Shown piece by piece: positions 22,201-34,800 of a DNA stretch of 64,000 nt. Within the stretch, counting starts at the first letter, position 1. Every line of letters begins with the position of its first letter. This stretch comes from Cyanophora paradoxa CCMP329 (lineage: Eukaryota > Plantae > Glaucophyta): NCBI GenBank assembly GCA_004431415.1, contig QPMI01000038.1:248001-312000 (forward strand), read 5' to 3'. A program made the position numbers and the translations under genes. The notes beneath the pieces are model-generated. The model was not told the DNA's origin. It did no database searches and saw nothing but the letters and a program-made list of their open reading frames with translations.

Positions 22201-25200
22201 CTCTCCTTCGGCCCCCTCGTCCTCTTCCTCCTCGCCGCCGCCGCCGCCGTCCATGCGCAGGTTGCGCCGCAGCTCCGAGGCCTCGCCCTGGTCCGCCCTG
22301 CGCCCGCTTCAGAGCCGTTCCGGGGTACGCACGAGAAGCAGGGGGGGTACTTGGTGCCGACGAAAGCGAGGCCGTCGCAGGCTCCGTCCATGAGGACCTG
22401 AGAGGCGTCAGAATTATAAGCTAATTCGGCGAGAGACGTGTGTGCGGACCTGCCGGCGGAAGGTCGAGCCCAGCACGTCCCACGCCGTCTACGCGCTCGC
22501 CGTCAGCCGAAGGATTACATTCCGGGGGGTACGCGGTCGGACCTTCTCGTCCGAGGCGCGGTGCAAGGCGGAGACGACGAGGAGCAGGCTGCACTTCTTC
22601 ATGAAGTCCAGCGTCACCTGGGTACGGCATTGGACCGGGGGTACAGCATTTCGGCGTCGCGATCGAAAGCCGTCGGACCTGGACGCGCGCGGCGTTCTGG
22701 TCCTCGACTCCGGGCAAATCCTGGAAGCGCGGGGTGAGTGAAGCCACGGAAAAGAGAGGGGTACAGCGCAGGAAAAGAGAGGGGTACAGCGCAGGAAAAG
22801 AGAGGGTTACAGCGCAGAAAAAGAGAGGGGTACGGCGCACGACAAGGCAGACGCCGGGGGCGAGGCCGCGGAAGGGGCCCGCGAGGTGCACCTCCTCCAC
22901 CAGGGGCCAGAGCTGCGGACCGGAAGGACAATCAGTCCGATTCGCCCTGTGACGAGTGTCGTCGCGGGAACGCGCCTGGGCGCCGCCGCGCTTGAGGCGC
23001 CCGGCGCGGTCGAGGGGCGCCTCGGTGTAGGACTGGACCCACGGCTGCAGCCTCGCGGCGAGCCGGGCCGTCGCCCGCTTCGGCTGGCGGATCTCCCGCT
23101 GCACTTTCCTGCAGGGCGGTGAGCGGAGCTCGAAGCAGAGCTGCGCGGAGCTGCGCGCCTCCAGGAGGGGAGTTTGCAGAGCTCGTCCCACTCGGCGATG
23201 CGCCCGTACACGGCGAGCACCGCCTGCCGCTCCTTCTTCACCTCCTGGCCGGCCCTGGGGTACGAGGTGAGGCGAGGTAGAAGAAGGGGGGGGGGGTACG
23301 GGACCCACCGCCTGACGTCGAGGCGCCCGGCCTCGTCGCGGAGCGCGTCGAGGAGGGCCAGTACCCGCTTCTTCCACTGCGGCCCGCTCCAGTCAGAGGG
23401 GTACGGGGAACGGCGGGAGGGGGTACGGCCGCACCTTCCCTTCGTCGATGAAGCGGACCTCAGCGCTGAAAGGGCACTGCTCGTTTGCCGCAGGCTCCGT
23501 GCGGGTCATGAAGATCTGCAGGAAATCAGCGCATCACTCTAGAAGAAAAGGGGGGCACGACGAACCTTGGACGCGGTGCAGGCATGTACCCCCGAAGTGG
23601 GGAGTACAGCGCCCTCCCCAAGCACCGCGTTCAGGCACGAACTCTTGCCTGCGTATCCTAGTGAGGGGGGTACGTGTAGCGAAAGGGGGTACGCGAACCG
23701 GCGCCGGAGATGCCGACGACGCCGGCGATGACGGGCTTGGCGGCGGCGTCGGCTAGAGCCCGCAGCTGCTCGGCCTGCATCCGGAATGCGTGGACACGGG
23801 CGTCGCCCATCGCCCCGGATCGCAGCGCCGCGTCGACGTGCTGGAGCACCCACGAGGCGCCCCGCGTCGCCTCCGTCCCAACCTCTGCCGCCCGGCGCGT
23901 GAGAGGGGTACGGCGACGGTCGGGCGGGGGCGCGCACCGGGAGGGAACCGCGGCTCGTCCGGCAGGAAGCCGGAAGCGGGCTGGGCGGGGGGCTCGGGCG
24001 CCTGCGCCGGCGCCTCCGGCGCGGGAGCGGCCGGGGGCACCTCCGCCACCGCCGGCCCCGGCGCTGCAGCTGAGACCTCCGCCGCTGGCGCTGCCGCTGC
24101 AGCCGGCGCGGCCGGCGCCGCCGGCGCCATGTCTGACGCCTCCACGTTCGCAGCAGGGTACGGGGGGACCTGCTGCTTCTCGGACTCGCTCGTCTTGGGC
24201 GGCCCCTGCGGGCTGGTCCCTTCTCGGTCCTCCTCGCGCAGGGGTACAAGGACGGGCGGAGACGCCGCCGCACGCCCCGCCGGCCCTCCGGCCGCCGGCG
24301 TGACCGCTTCGGGCGCATCGGCGGCCGGCGCGCGGGGCGGCGAGAAGAGGGGAGGGGGGCTCGGAGGGGGGAGGGAGAGGACGATGGGCGCTTGGGGAGC
24401 CTGGGAGAGAGAGGGTCCGGCGGCCGAAGCGGGAGGGGGAGGAGCGGGAAGGGCGAGGACGAGGGGTACGGACGCCTGGGAGGCCTCCTCGGGGCCGGGG
24501 AGGGCCAGGGTCTGGCTCTTGCTCTGGCCAGCCCCGCCCTGCGACGCCCTTGCGAGGGCGACGACGCCCTCGAAGGCGTCCTGCAGCTCCTCCCGCACGC
24601 CGAACTCGGGTACGTCGAGCGCCGCCAGGGCGCCCTCTACCCCCCTGCGGACCAGCGCCGTCACCCTGATGCACTGCTCGACGATGCGGCTGCACGTCCG
24701 CTCCCGCGCCGCTTCCTCGTCCGGTAGCGCCTCTGGGGGTGCGTAAGGAGAGATTGAGGGGGAGGGGGGTACAATGCGGTCGCACCGGCGAGCTTGACGT
24801 GGGTGTACCCGGCAAGTTCGACGGGCTTCCAATCAAGCGGAGCTTTCAGAGCCGCGCTCGCCGCAGCCGCCGCCCAGTCGTGTCTGCGCTCGATCCGTCA
24901 GGCGGGGCTTGCTGGGGACAGGCGCTGGCGCCCGCAACTAACACCTCGGGCGCTTGGGCTCGGGCTCCGCAGCCTGGCTCGAGGGCGCGGGCGCGGGCCG
25001 CTTGGAGGTCATTGGTGGCGGCGGTGCCATGGAAACAGGCCGGGCCGCGCTCTGCGCGAAGACGGGGGCGCGTAGAGGTCAGGGCCCGCAGAATTGATCC
25101 GCCGCAGCCCGGCCCGCGCGCGCACGATCGGCTGCGTCATCGACAGCGGCGGCGCCTCCGCCATCGGCTGCGTCACCGCAACGCCGGCTTGTGACGCGCC

Positions 25201-25878
25201 GCCCCAGCTCTGCGAGGCCTGCAGCTGCGCCGCCGATGCCAACGCCGCCGATGCCGACGCGGGCGCTCCGCTGTCCACCAAGACAGTGGCCGGGCGTTGC
25301 TTGGGCTCGGGAAAGACGTCGAGCTGCCACGTCGCTCTGCTCTCGACGTTCCAAGCTTCAGAGGCGGACTGCCGAAGCCGTTCTTCCAGGACCAGCGCGC
25401 CGCCGTGAGGGAGGAGCGCGCCTGCGAAGCGCGAGCGATCAGACTCGGTCTTCAGCATAATCGCGCAGCTGCTGCGAGCGCGAGCGACGCACTGTCGCCG
25501 GGGTTGTCGAGGACCCGCGTTCCCCCCTCGGCCTCGACCATCCACACCAGGTGATTGAGCGGCGTTCTCTGCGCGCAGACGACGTTAGCTGTCGATGCGC
25601 AGGCAACGTGGCGCGCAGCTAGGAGCAGCGGCAGAGCGTACCGTGGCGCTGCTCAGCCGCTCGATCTGCGCTCCGCTCGGCGCCTGAGCGATATGCAGGG
25701 ACCTCGCCGACACCTTCTTGAGGCTGTTGCTCAGCTGTGCTCCCGGTGCGGGCAGATGCAGCCTGCCGAGGCTACAGCCGTCGAAGATGTTGATCTCACT
25801 TGCAAGGACGTCATCATTCCCTTCTTGTCTGAGCAGCCGCGCGAAGCATAACTTCGACTCTCGGCGCGTCACCGCCAT
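19288..25878 (-). CDS. SLIP-GC/dynamin-like P-loop GTPase (multi-exon), possible N-terminal FHA-like domain, acidic C-terminus
   Basis: VIAGVVGISGAG|KSSCLNAVLG..LPTSGVHACTA (G1/G2), LWPLVEEV..GVCLV|DLPGVEDQNAAR (G3), HWASYRATMRRDGVW and DRGTGVFARMR. The 5' exons (GCSLGR...KVSARSLHI) are uncertain. Confidence 0.75.
22748..22839. repeat. Intronic minisatellite, 23-bp unit x4
   Basis: Tandem ggaaaagagaggggtacagcgca. Confidence 0.9.
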
Positions 25879-27099
25879 GGCGCGCTCGCCGCTGGAGCGC
25901 AAGCTGGCTCCTTAACTTTGAATGGCGGCGTTGCGGGAGACCGGTACCCCGGCCAAAGCTGCCCCGGCCTGCCCGGGCCTGCCCGCACCCTCAGCGGCGC
26001 CCTGCGCCAGCGGCTGGAAGCGTCACTTTATGCGAAACTGATGGTTGGCCGGGCTGGACTTGGGGTGCTCCTCCGCCACTGGATTTGATTCCTGCGGAGT
26101 TCTCGACCGGACCCGCACGCCCGGCAGCCGGCGCCGGCGCATGCGGCTCTTCCGCGGTTTCCATCGCTTCTAGCGCAGCGAGCTGCGCCGCGGCAGCCGG
26201 CTGAACTCTCTTCGTCCGATTTCACGTTGACGTCGCGGTCTCCGACCTCGGCGTTGTGCCGGACGAGCGGCGCCCCGGGCTGATTGGCGGGCGTCGGGGC
26301 GCCGAAGACTCGCGGCGGCGCGGTGTTGATCTGGGGCGCGCGCGGCGGCTTTGGCAGCTTCGTCTTCGAACGCTGAAGCTTGGGCTGGGCGGCGGCCGCG
26401 CGAGCGTCATACGGCGTCCTCACGGCTGTGCATTGTTCTCCGCAGGTTCCGTTCGGCCGATCAATCGCGCGATCTCGACTTTGTTCGATGGCCAGTGGTC
26501 TGCCCCTCCACTTCACCACTCAGCGCTCACCTCACCGCGCAGCACGACGCACCACCGAGCTTGTTCTGCAAGGTCGTTCACGCTCGAGGCGCACCCGTGA
26601 GGGTGCGCATGCCCTCTTTGTGGTGCCGCAGGGGTCTGACGGCTCCCCCGGCAGCTTTTCGGGTGTACCCCTCCACGGCAGGCCAGCCGCTCGGAGCGGA
26701 CTTCGCCGCCGGAATGTCCTTGTCGCGCCCGTTCCAACGATGTCCGTCACGCCGTGGGGTACGTGGGAAAACTACCTGTACCCCCCTCCCGGGCCCACGC
26801 GATATGGGGGTCGCTGGAAAGCCGGCGACGCGGTCCGCACGAGTCTGACGCCCGCGCAGCGCGATTCGGAGTCCCTCCGCCTTTTTTTTGGGGGGGGGGG
26901 GGGCATTGTGCTATAATGGCCGCGCCACGTCACTCCCCCCCGCCCCTTCCCCCCGCCATCTCATCTCGTCTCATCTCTCCCTCCTACTCCCTCCCGTCTC
27001 ATCTTCTCTCCCATGTAATGCCGCCGCCACCGCCGCAGTTCGAGGGAGCCCTCGAGCAAGGCGGCGCCCCCGCCCCGCCCCGCCCCGTTCCCAGCCCTG

Positions 27100-28063
27100 A
27101 CGCCACCGGGGACTCAGCTCGAGGAGGCCGGGCGCTCGATCACGCACGACTGCAAGATCATCGCGGCGGCGTACAGGCTGCACCTGCGGCTCGCCCCGGC
27201 GCGCCCGGTCGCGAGGGTCACGCGCGTCGACCTCGGCCAGCTGAGGCAGACGCGCCCGCAGCACGTGCACAAGGTGCCGCCCGGGCGTTCGCCTCCCCGC
27301 GCGCCCCGGGCCCCCGCGTCTCTCGCGACGCTCACGCGGCCGCGCCGCTGCAGGTCCTCCGGGCGCTCGCCGAGGCGGAGGCGGCGGCGGAGCCGAGGCT
27401 GACGCACCTATCGCTGGCCTTCGTGGAGTTCTGCGCCAACTCGTGGCAGACCGTACCCCTGGATATCTCGGACGGGTGCACGCTCCGCCTGCCCAGGCTG
27501 GAGGTCCTCGACCTGTTGGGCTGCCGGATGGCGAGCGGCCGCGTGCTCCCCGCCATCCTCGAGTCGTGCAAGGGGACCCTGCGCCGCCTCTACCTCGCGT
27601 GCGCGCCCCGCGCCGCCCGCCCGCCCGCCCGCCGCCTCCGCCCACGCGGCCGCCGGCCGCCGCCGCAGGTACCTGAAGACGGAGAGCAGCCTGGGCGCCC
27701 TGCTCTGCAGCGGGCGCCCCCTCGTCACGAGCGTTCTCGGCCCGATCGCGTGGAAGCTCAGGCGCGCGCGCCCCGGCGGCCCTCGCCGCGCTCGCGCCCG
27801 GCGAGCCCCGCGAGCGGGCGACAGGCTGCCGGCGCTGGACGCGCTCGACGTCTCGGGCTGCGACGCGAAGGAGGGCGCCCCCGCCGCCTTTCTCGACGCC
27901 ACGCGCGCCTCGCGTTCCTCGCCGCGGTCCGCCCCGGCCCCGCCGCCCCCGCCCCGCCCGGCGCCCACGGCCCCCGCAGGGCGACCCCTCGCAACGGTCG
28001 GACGTGGCGGCGTTCGCCGCGGCCCGCCGCGCGGCACGCCCAAGCCTCCTCGTCGCCCACTGA
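27100..28063 (+). pseudogene. 5'-truncated LRR gene, paralog of 10250-11613
   Basis: HDCKIIAAAYRLHLR..., RLPRLEVLDLLGCRMASGRVLPAILESCKGTLRRLYLA. Lacks the F-box exons. Confidence 0.6.
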
Positions 28064-28252
28064 TAGTAAAATCGTGGTGGTTTTAGATAAATATATTTTC
28101 TCGCCGCGAGCCTGTTCTAATATCATGCCAAGATATCGATTAATTTCGCTCGAAAAGCGATTTTTAGCCAGCGCCGATGGCAGTGCCTCACATACAATTA
28201 AATAAAAAAAATCACTGGCGCCGGGAATTCGAATCGAAGGCGCCGAAATCTA

Positions 28253-28740
28253 TTTTTTTTTTTGGTGAATTACCGGCCACAGTCTCTAGACACCAGCACT
28301 GCGGGGGCTGCCCAGGGGGCATAAAGACAAAAAAGCAAAATAACTAAGACAAGAGCACGAAGAAAGATAAGACAAAGAGCCAAAATCGACAATAAAAAAG
28401 AAAAGACACAGAGCTCGAGACAGAGCGAGAAGAGACGAGAAATCGAGCAGATCTAGGGACAGAGGATGACTGACACGAAGAAGAGCCAGAGCTAGAGATA
28501 CCATCAAGATCGGAAGGAATTACATCACTAAGAAGCGGAGGACGAAATTGAGAAAGATAAATAACAGGAAGCAGACAAGTAAGAGGAACAACAAGACGAC
28601 GCGGAGGCGGAGGCGAAGCAGGACGACGCGAAAGGGCAGAGCTACGGCACGAGGTCGAGGAGGACACAGGAGGCGGAGCAGGCGGATCAAGAGCAGGCAA
28701 AAGGACAGTCAAAGGAATCACTAAAGCCGGCCGGGGTCGA
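28253..28740 (-). mobile_element. Short 5'-truncated copy of the L1/Tx1-like non-LTR retrotransposon
   Basis: Reverse complement of about 41570-42062. Poly(T) at 28253-28263. TSD aggcgccgaaatcta at 28238-28252 and 28740-28754. Confidence 0.9.
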
Positions 28741-28813
28741 GGCGCCGAAATCTAGATCCTTCTGACGCTTTAGCTATGTATACGTATATAGTTATAGATC
28801 ATCGGTCTAGATC

Positions 28814-31800
28814 TTACGCATCGTGGATGTGACGGGCAGCTGCAGGAGCGAACATGTCGGTGACGATACCATGGCCAGATCTAGAATAATCCGCCGGCGC
28901 CCCGTCCTCGCCCTCATCGGCGTCGGAGCGCGAGAAGAATTCGAGGGAGCCAGGCCGGGAGTGCCGCAGGGGTACCCGCGGCCGACCCCCGGCCGCGTCT
29001 ATGCTGGCGCCACTTAAGCTTGAGCTTGCCGCGCGGCGAAGCTGCGTGTCGCACAATTCGTTAGAATTAGCTGCTCGAGCTCGCGCATTTTGACTCAGTG
29101 AATATGAACGCTCTAAGTACCTCGCGATCGTAGATAGGAGCGTCCAGCTGCATGAAGGGGTGGGCGAGCTCAACGGTAGTCGACTGATCGTACGCGTGGA
29201 CGTCGCCGTTGCGCTGCCCAGCCCCCTCCATGTGTACGTGAACGTGGACATGCAGGGGCGAGGACCCCTGCAGCTGCGGAGGCGCCTGCCAGGGCGCATA
29301 CGAGGGGGATATCGATGGCGACTGCGCTTGCGTAGAATCCCCTTTCCGCCGGCTTGTCCGGGACCGGAGCTGGTGTTCGATTGGCGTTGGCGCCTCGAGC
29401 TCCCCATTGTCGATCGTCGATTCGAAGCGCGCATCCGCATGCGCAGGATCCGGAGCTGGATCACGAGGGGACTCGCTCCCGATGTCGAGGTTGTGGATTG
29501 CAGGGGCTTCCGGCGCGAAGGCCCAGGGACGGTCCTCCGCGTCGGTCTGGCTGGGCCTTCTGGGCCCGTGGGCCCGCCAGGCCAGCGCCCCGCTGGAGCC
29601 CGCGCCCGAGTCGCCTCGAGCTTGAGCCCGCTTCGCCAGCCGAGCCCGCTCCTCCAGTTCCATCTCCAGCAACGTTGGCGTCTTCACCGCCCGCGTCCCT
29701 TTCAGACTCTTGCCTTCGCCGTTGGGCCGGTGGATCGCGATCGAAGCCTCTGGATCGGCGTGCTGTGCGCCGCGCTGCTCGCGATCGCCGTCGGGTGTGA
29801 GCGCGTCCGCCAGCGCCGCGGCAGCTGCCGCCATTCGGTAATCTCGGGCTGTGCCCGCAGCGCTCTTGTGCCTGCACGCGCTGCAGTCAGCGAATTCTGA
29901 TCACATGTACAAGCCTCGGGGGAGGTGCACGCCTGAGCATTCTGTAGACGGCTGCCTTTTGCGCTGCATTGTTCCGGAATAAGGGAATCTGTGAGGCGTG
30001 ATTAGGCCGGGAGCGCTGCAGTTAATGCCGTGCACTATAATTAACAGGACGAGCGTCCTCAGCGGGCTCGTCGGTTGTCCTATGTTGCTCTCATCAGAAC
30101 GCGCGCACCTTCCGGAAAGCCAAAATGATTACAGCCCTAAACAGGATCCCGGCGGCCTGAGTACAATTCGCGGTGAGAAGCCGTGCACGTGGAATAACTT
30201 GAAATGGGGGGCTCGCCATGGTGAGGAACACAATGTTTGCGAGGACCACAAAGACGGTTATTGTCGCCGTCTGATCATCCATATGAGTTCAGTCGGGTAC
30301 AGCTTAGAAATCAAAGGATGCCATAATATGAAAGCGCAGACGGACCGCCGACTCGCTGATGTGGATAAGGTTCCGGTAAATTAGACCGCAGTAGATTGTC
30401 AAAAGATTCACGCCCCAACTCGAAACAGCAAGAATATTGAGAAGCGTATCCTGTTAGCAAGAGGAGCGCAGCCTCAGTGTCGGTCCGCGATCCGCGAGCG
30501 CAGCCTCAATGCGCGCGCCTGTACGATGAACGCACACTGAAAGGTCTTACGTAGAGGTCCACGTACGCATTTATCATAAAGAAAGCAAGGGCGAAGAACG
30601 CCTGCAGGTATATCATATTAGAAGCTGCAGAGTCAACGTCATGAGGAAGCCATGGCCAGCTCGGCTCACCAGCTCGTCTGTCGCTTCCGCCAAGAAGACC
30701 GAGCCGAGAATGACAATTATCTGGACAGGGCCGGGGAGGCTGCATAAGAAAGCAGTGGAAACTGCAGGAAGAAAGGGGGTGGCGCATGCCTTCCTCCAGA
30801 TTTGGACCGCTTCCCACCCGTAGAATCGTTGCTGGTACCCCTGAAGCAGGAACCTAATTCGGCGTCAGAAGGTGCGATATCGATGATATTGCGATCGATC
30901 CCCAACTTGGCAATCGGTGTGCAGCGCGCACCCGAAGCGGAACGCGAATTGGGGGTCCTTCAGGCGGCCATGGCGGCCCGCGAAAACGATGGCAGTCGCC
31001 GCCAGGGGCACTCCCGCGACGACAAAGATGAGGCCCGGGGCTCCGACCTGAGAGAAGAAGCATAAATCAGGCGCCGCCGCGGAATGTGCGACTCGAAATG
31101 CATGGCGCACGGCGGCGAGCCACCTCTTGTGCTCCGCAGAGAGACACTGCGAGAAAATCGGTGTCCAGTCGCGATCGGTCGCCATAAGCTTTTTTAAAAA
31201 GCTGGAGAAAGCTTACTTCGACACTCATGCTCCCTCTTACAAAAGATTTCGTGATTCCACCGCCAGAGAGGCTCTTGCATCGGAAAATATCCAGCGCCTT
31301 CGCGGCCACCATTGGAAACACCTGCTCCCCTCATTATATATAATCAATATTAGATCTAGATGCATATGCGTGTGCAGGTATATGTATATGCTGGGGTCTC
31401 GCAAAAGGCTCAGATATCGTACCAAGAAAACAGAAACCTGAGCGGAAGAGGCGAGTGAGGGGGCGGTACTACGGTATCACGTGCATATTGGGGTCTATTT
31501 GCAGACGAACCATCGAGATGATCACATAGAAATCGGCCCAAGACGGGCGGTAGCTTGAAGATGTGACACCAGGCGACGTATAAGTAGCTTCAGTACTGCA
31601 CGCGCACGATTATAATCTCTTGTTCAAATAGCTGAGACGAGTGTGCGTACGCTAGCGCTGTGCTTTCGGGCCAGACCACGCTCGAAACCCGCTTGGCGAC
31701 GAAGACTAGCGCACTGTTCGAGCGCTGCAGCTGTACATGTTCTGGAGACTCAGCCTTCTTGATGAAACGATTGATATTCACGGAGGACGTCGATTTACCT

Positions 31801-34800
31801 TTCCAACTTTTGATTTCGGATTTGAGCTTTTTCCGCCATGAGCGACGGTGTCGATTTCCCGATTGTCTTCCTGGGCAGCATCCGAAGTCCGTTCAACGTC
31901 CTCGGTAATTGACATTGTACTCCTGGATCTAGAATTAGTACGAGACGACCAGATTCATGCCTCATGATCAGCAGGCGTGAAAGGCACTAGCTATAGGATA
32001 TATATAGAATTTCGAAAGCGCCAAGTGCACTCACGAGTTGCGGGAGAAGACCCGCGCTGGCCCGTCCTTTTTAGCCTTGAGCACGGAGAGCCATGCCATC
32101 ACCGACACCGCAGCCACAGGCTGTGCGTTCAATTCGTTGAGGGGTGTTGGCCTGGATTAGAAGCAAGAAATGCGAATGGTGAAGCGGACCAGCACGAAGC
32201 AGAAAAGCGGAAGGAACATGTACCCAGCGGCTGCGTCACCACGTCTTAACTTAAGGCGTATTCCAAAGTTTCCAATTGCAAGCGCAAGAAAATTACAGAA
32301 GCTTAAATACCCTTATAAAAATACACCAGCTCGCGCAGATACTGCGCAAAAGTCACTTCGTGCACATCAGAATCAACCGCAGCAAAGTACTAGTGCCGCG
32401 CACCGGACGCTCCGCCATTATGCAGTCGATTGAAATCCACGCGTCCATGGGGTCTGCAATGTTGAAAATGTCAGCTTTTCAAAAATGGCAGAGATCGATA
32501 TCACTACTGCGAACGACACGTGCGCACTGTTCGTAGAGCTACCAATGAGCAGAATGCGGGCGATAACCTCGGGCCAACGGAGAGGAATGGACTGGCGGCC
32601 ACGGAGATTAAATCAACAACGGTACGGTTTCTGATGCATCATTAAACAAGAGGAACCTGCACGAAGGAATTGAACCTGAAGAAGCGCTCAGTGCAAGCGA
32701 TCAGCATCATGATCAGGAGGTCGCTCACTGCAAATGGTTGATGAGGATGCGCAGGATCACAGAGACTTGTGAAGACGACCTAAGTACAGGTCAGCATACA
32801 TGCGGCCACGACAGTTGGTCGAAAGGGAAACTTGAAAGACATCGGCGCACTTGAACGCCGACCGGACAGCAAACCAAGACATAATGCCAGCACCCTGGTT
32901 TCCAGCGGGCTCAATGGACAGGGCAGCAATTAAAGCGATCCATATAATTATAACATGAAGATTGCTTACCGCGACGATGCCGAGCAAGCTAAGGAAAACG
33001 ATTGCCGCCGAGGCCTGCAGAAGCGCTGTGAGGCCTATAGCTAGGGCAATGCAAGATTGAATGCCGCATAATCAATTTCCGCGCACTTCCGGGTTGGCGC
33101 ATTTGACGCAGCTTGCCGCTTCGCTGCTGCCGCCGACGGAGCCGTACCCGTACTGATTCAGTGAGACCCAGCTGCAGGTCAGAAGAGCAAATTCAAACAC
33201 TTGAGGAGCCAAGGACGAACATCGCATGTGGCACAGAACGTGCCGACGAAGCCCTCACGGCACTGGTTGGCATAGGCGCCGCGGGCGGTCGTTGCGTTCC
33301 CAGATCCTCCCGCACAGCCTCCGTGTGTACACTTCACCAGAGAGGAGTAATCCCACGACAGGCGGTAAAAGTCCGGCTCGACTCCGAGAAGCGGGCCGCC
33401 CTCGCAGATGCCTCCGGGGCTCGGGCACTTGAGGCACCGGTCGTACGCGGCGCCGTCGAGCGGGGCAACGCTGTAGAATCCCCGAGAGCACGAGCACTCC
33501 GAGATGCTGGCCCCTCCAACTCGGTTTGTCATTGAATTCTCGGGGCATTTGGTGGCCTGCCTCGATTGTGAGCGGACCGGAAATTTTTCGAGCGTCTTTC
33601 GAATTCTCACCTTGACAGACGCGCTATCAGATACGAACTCGTCGAAATCCGCAGCCGTGCAGGCGACGCTACCCGCCCGGTTCTCCCAGAAGCCCTGAGT
33701 CACATCCTTAGTTCAGAGGATACGCGTACTGAAGCTACACATGTCTTTCCAAGCTTATCGTGAGCTCGTCTTCGCGGTCGTGATCGTGATCACCTTCGGG
33801 CAGGGCGAGCAAGACGTTGAATTGACTCCAGCAGCGAAGAAGCCGGGGTTACCTGCAAACGATCAGAGCTAAATGGGGCGCGAAAAGGGGGCGCAGCCTC
33901 GCAAAAGAGGAAGTCCTTTGACGCACATGGCTCGCAAATTTCAGCACCGGATTTCCGAGAAAAAGTACCCGGGGCGCACGGAATGCAGCGGTCGCTCCCG
34001 CTCACGCCCGCGAACGAGCCAGGCGGGCCTGCGAAACGTCATTTCGGTTCGGATCCGCCTGCCACTGGGCCGGGCGCGTCCAATCGAACCGCACTGACGC
34101 ACAGGGCTGGCACGACGCGAAACCGACCCGCGAGAAAGTGCCGCGCGGGCACGAAACGCAGAGCCTGCTCTGGCTCAGGGCCTGCCCGGCCGCGCAAGAG
34201 CCATCAAACGGTTTCTGCGGTCCCGGCCACGTTATTTGAGTTCCGGAGATCATCGTCAACACGCCGCTATTCTCCAGCTTGGCAACCTGCGCCGATCGCG
34301 ATAACCAAGTCAAATCATAAGTCGAGCTCGCGATCGATCAGAGCTACATGCGACGCTTGATTTGCATGCACGCACCGGCTTCCATTGTCCGTCGACATAA
34401 TTCACGAGCACGAACGTAGCGAGCCGATCTCCGTTCTTGTCCAGCTCGACGGGACCAGTGATGCCGGCAACTTTCTGGTTGATGATCGTGTCGAAGAGCT
34501 GCTTGCCAAACGGGTTGGTCCCGAAGAGCTCTCCAGGACGCGTGTAGCTCGAGTTTACGGCCACGCCCTGCTTGATGAGCGTGTCCAGCGCCGTCGCAAC
34601 GACTTGCGGAAAGGCGTCGGAGAGTGCGACGCGCGGGGCCCCCTCTCTCAAAGCGAATTCGAAGACTTACCCTGGACAGCGTCGGCCAGCAGAACCGCGT
34701 AGGGATCCGTGAATGGCACGCCAGCCTCCGGGTACGCGTCCGGACTCTGTCTGCTGAAGGACTCGATAAAGTGCTGCACTGCCGGCGTGTCCTGTACCCA

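Noticed and set aside
30000-33000. Pseudogenisation or stop-codon reassignment in the receptor gene
   Set aside because: The apparent in-frame stop I checked closely (near 32600) falls in a short GT-AG intron. There is no positive evidence for recoding, although not every stop was checked.
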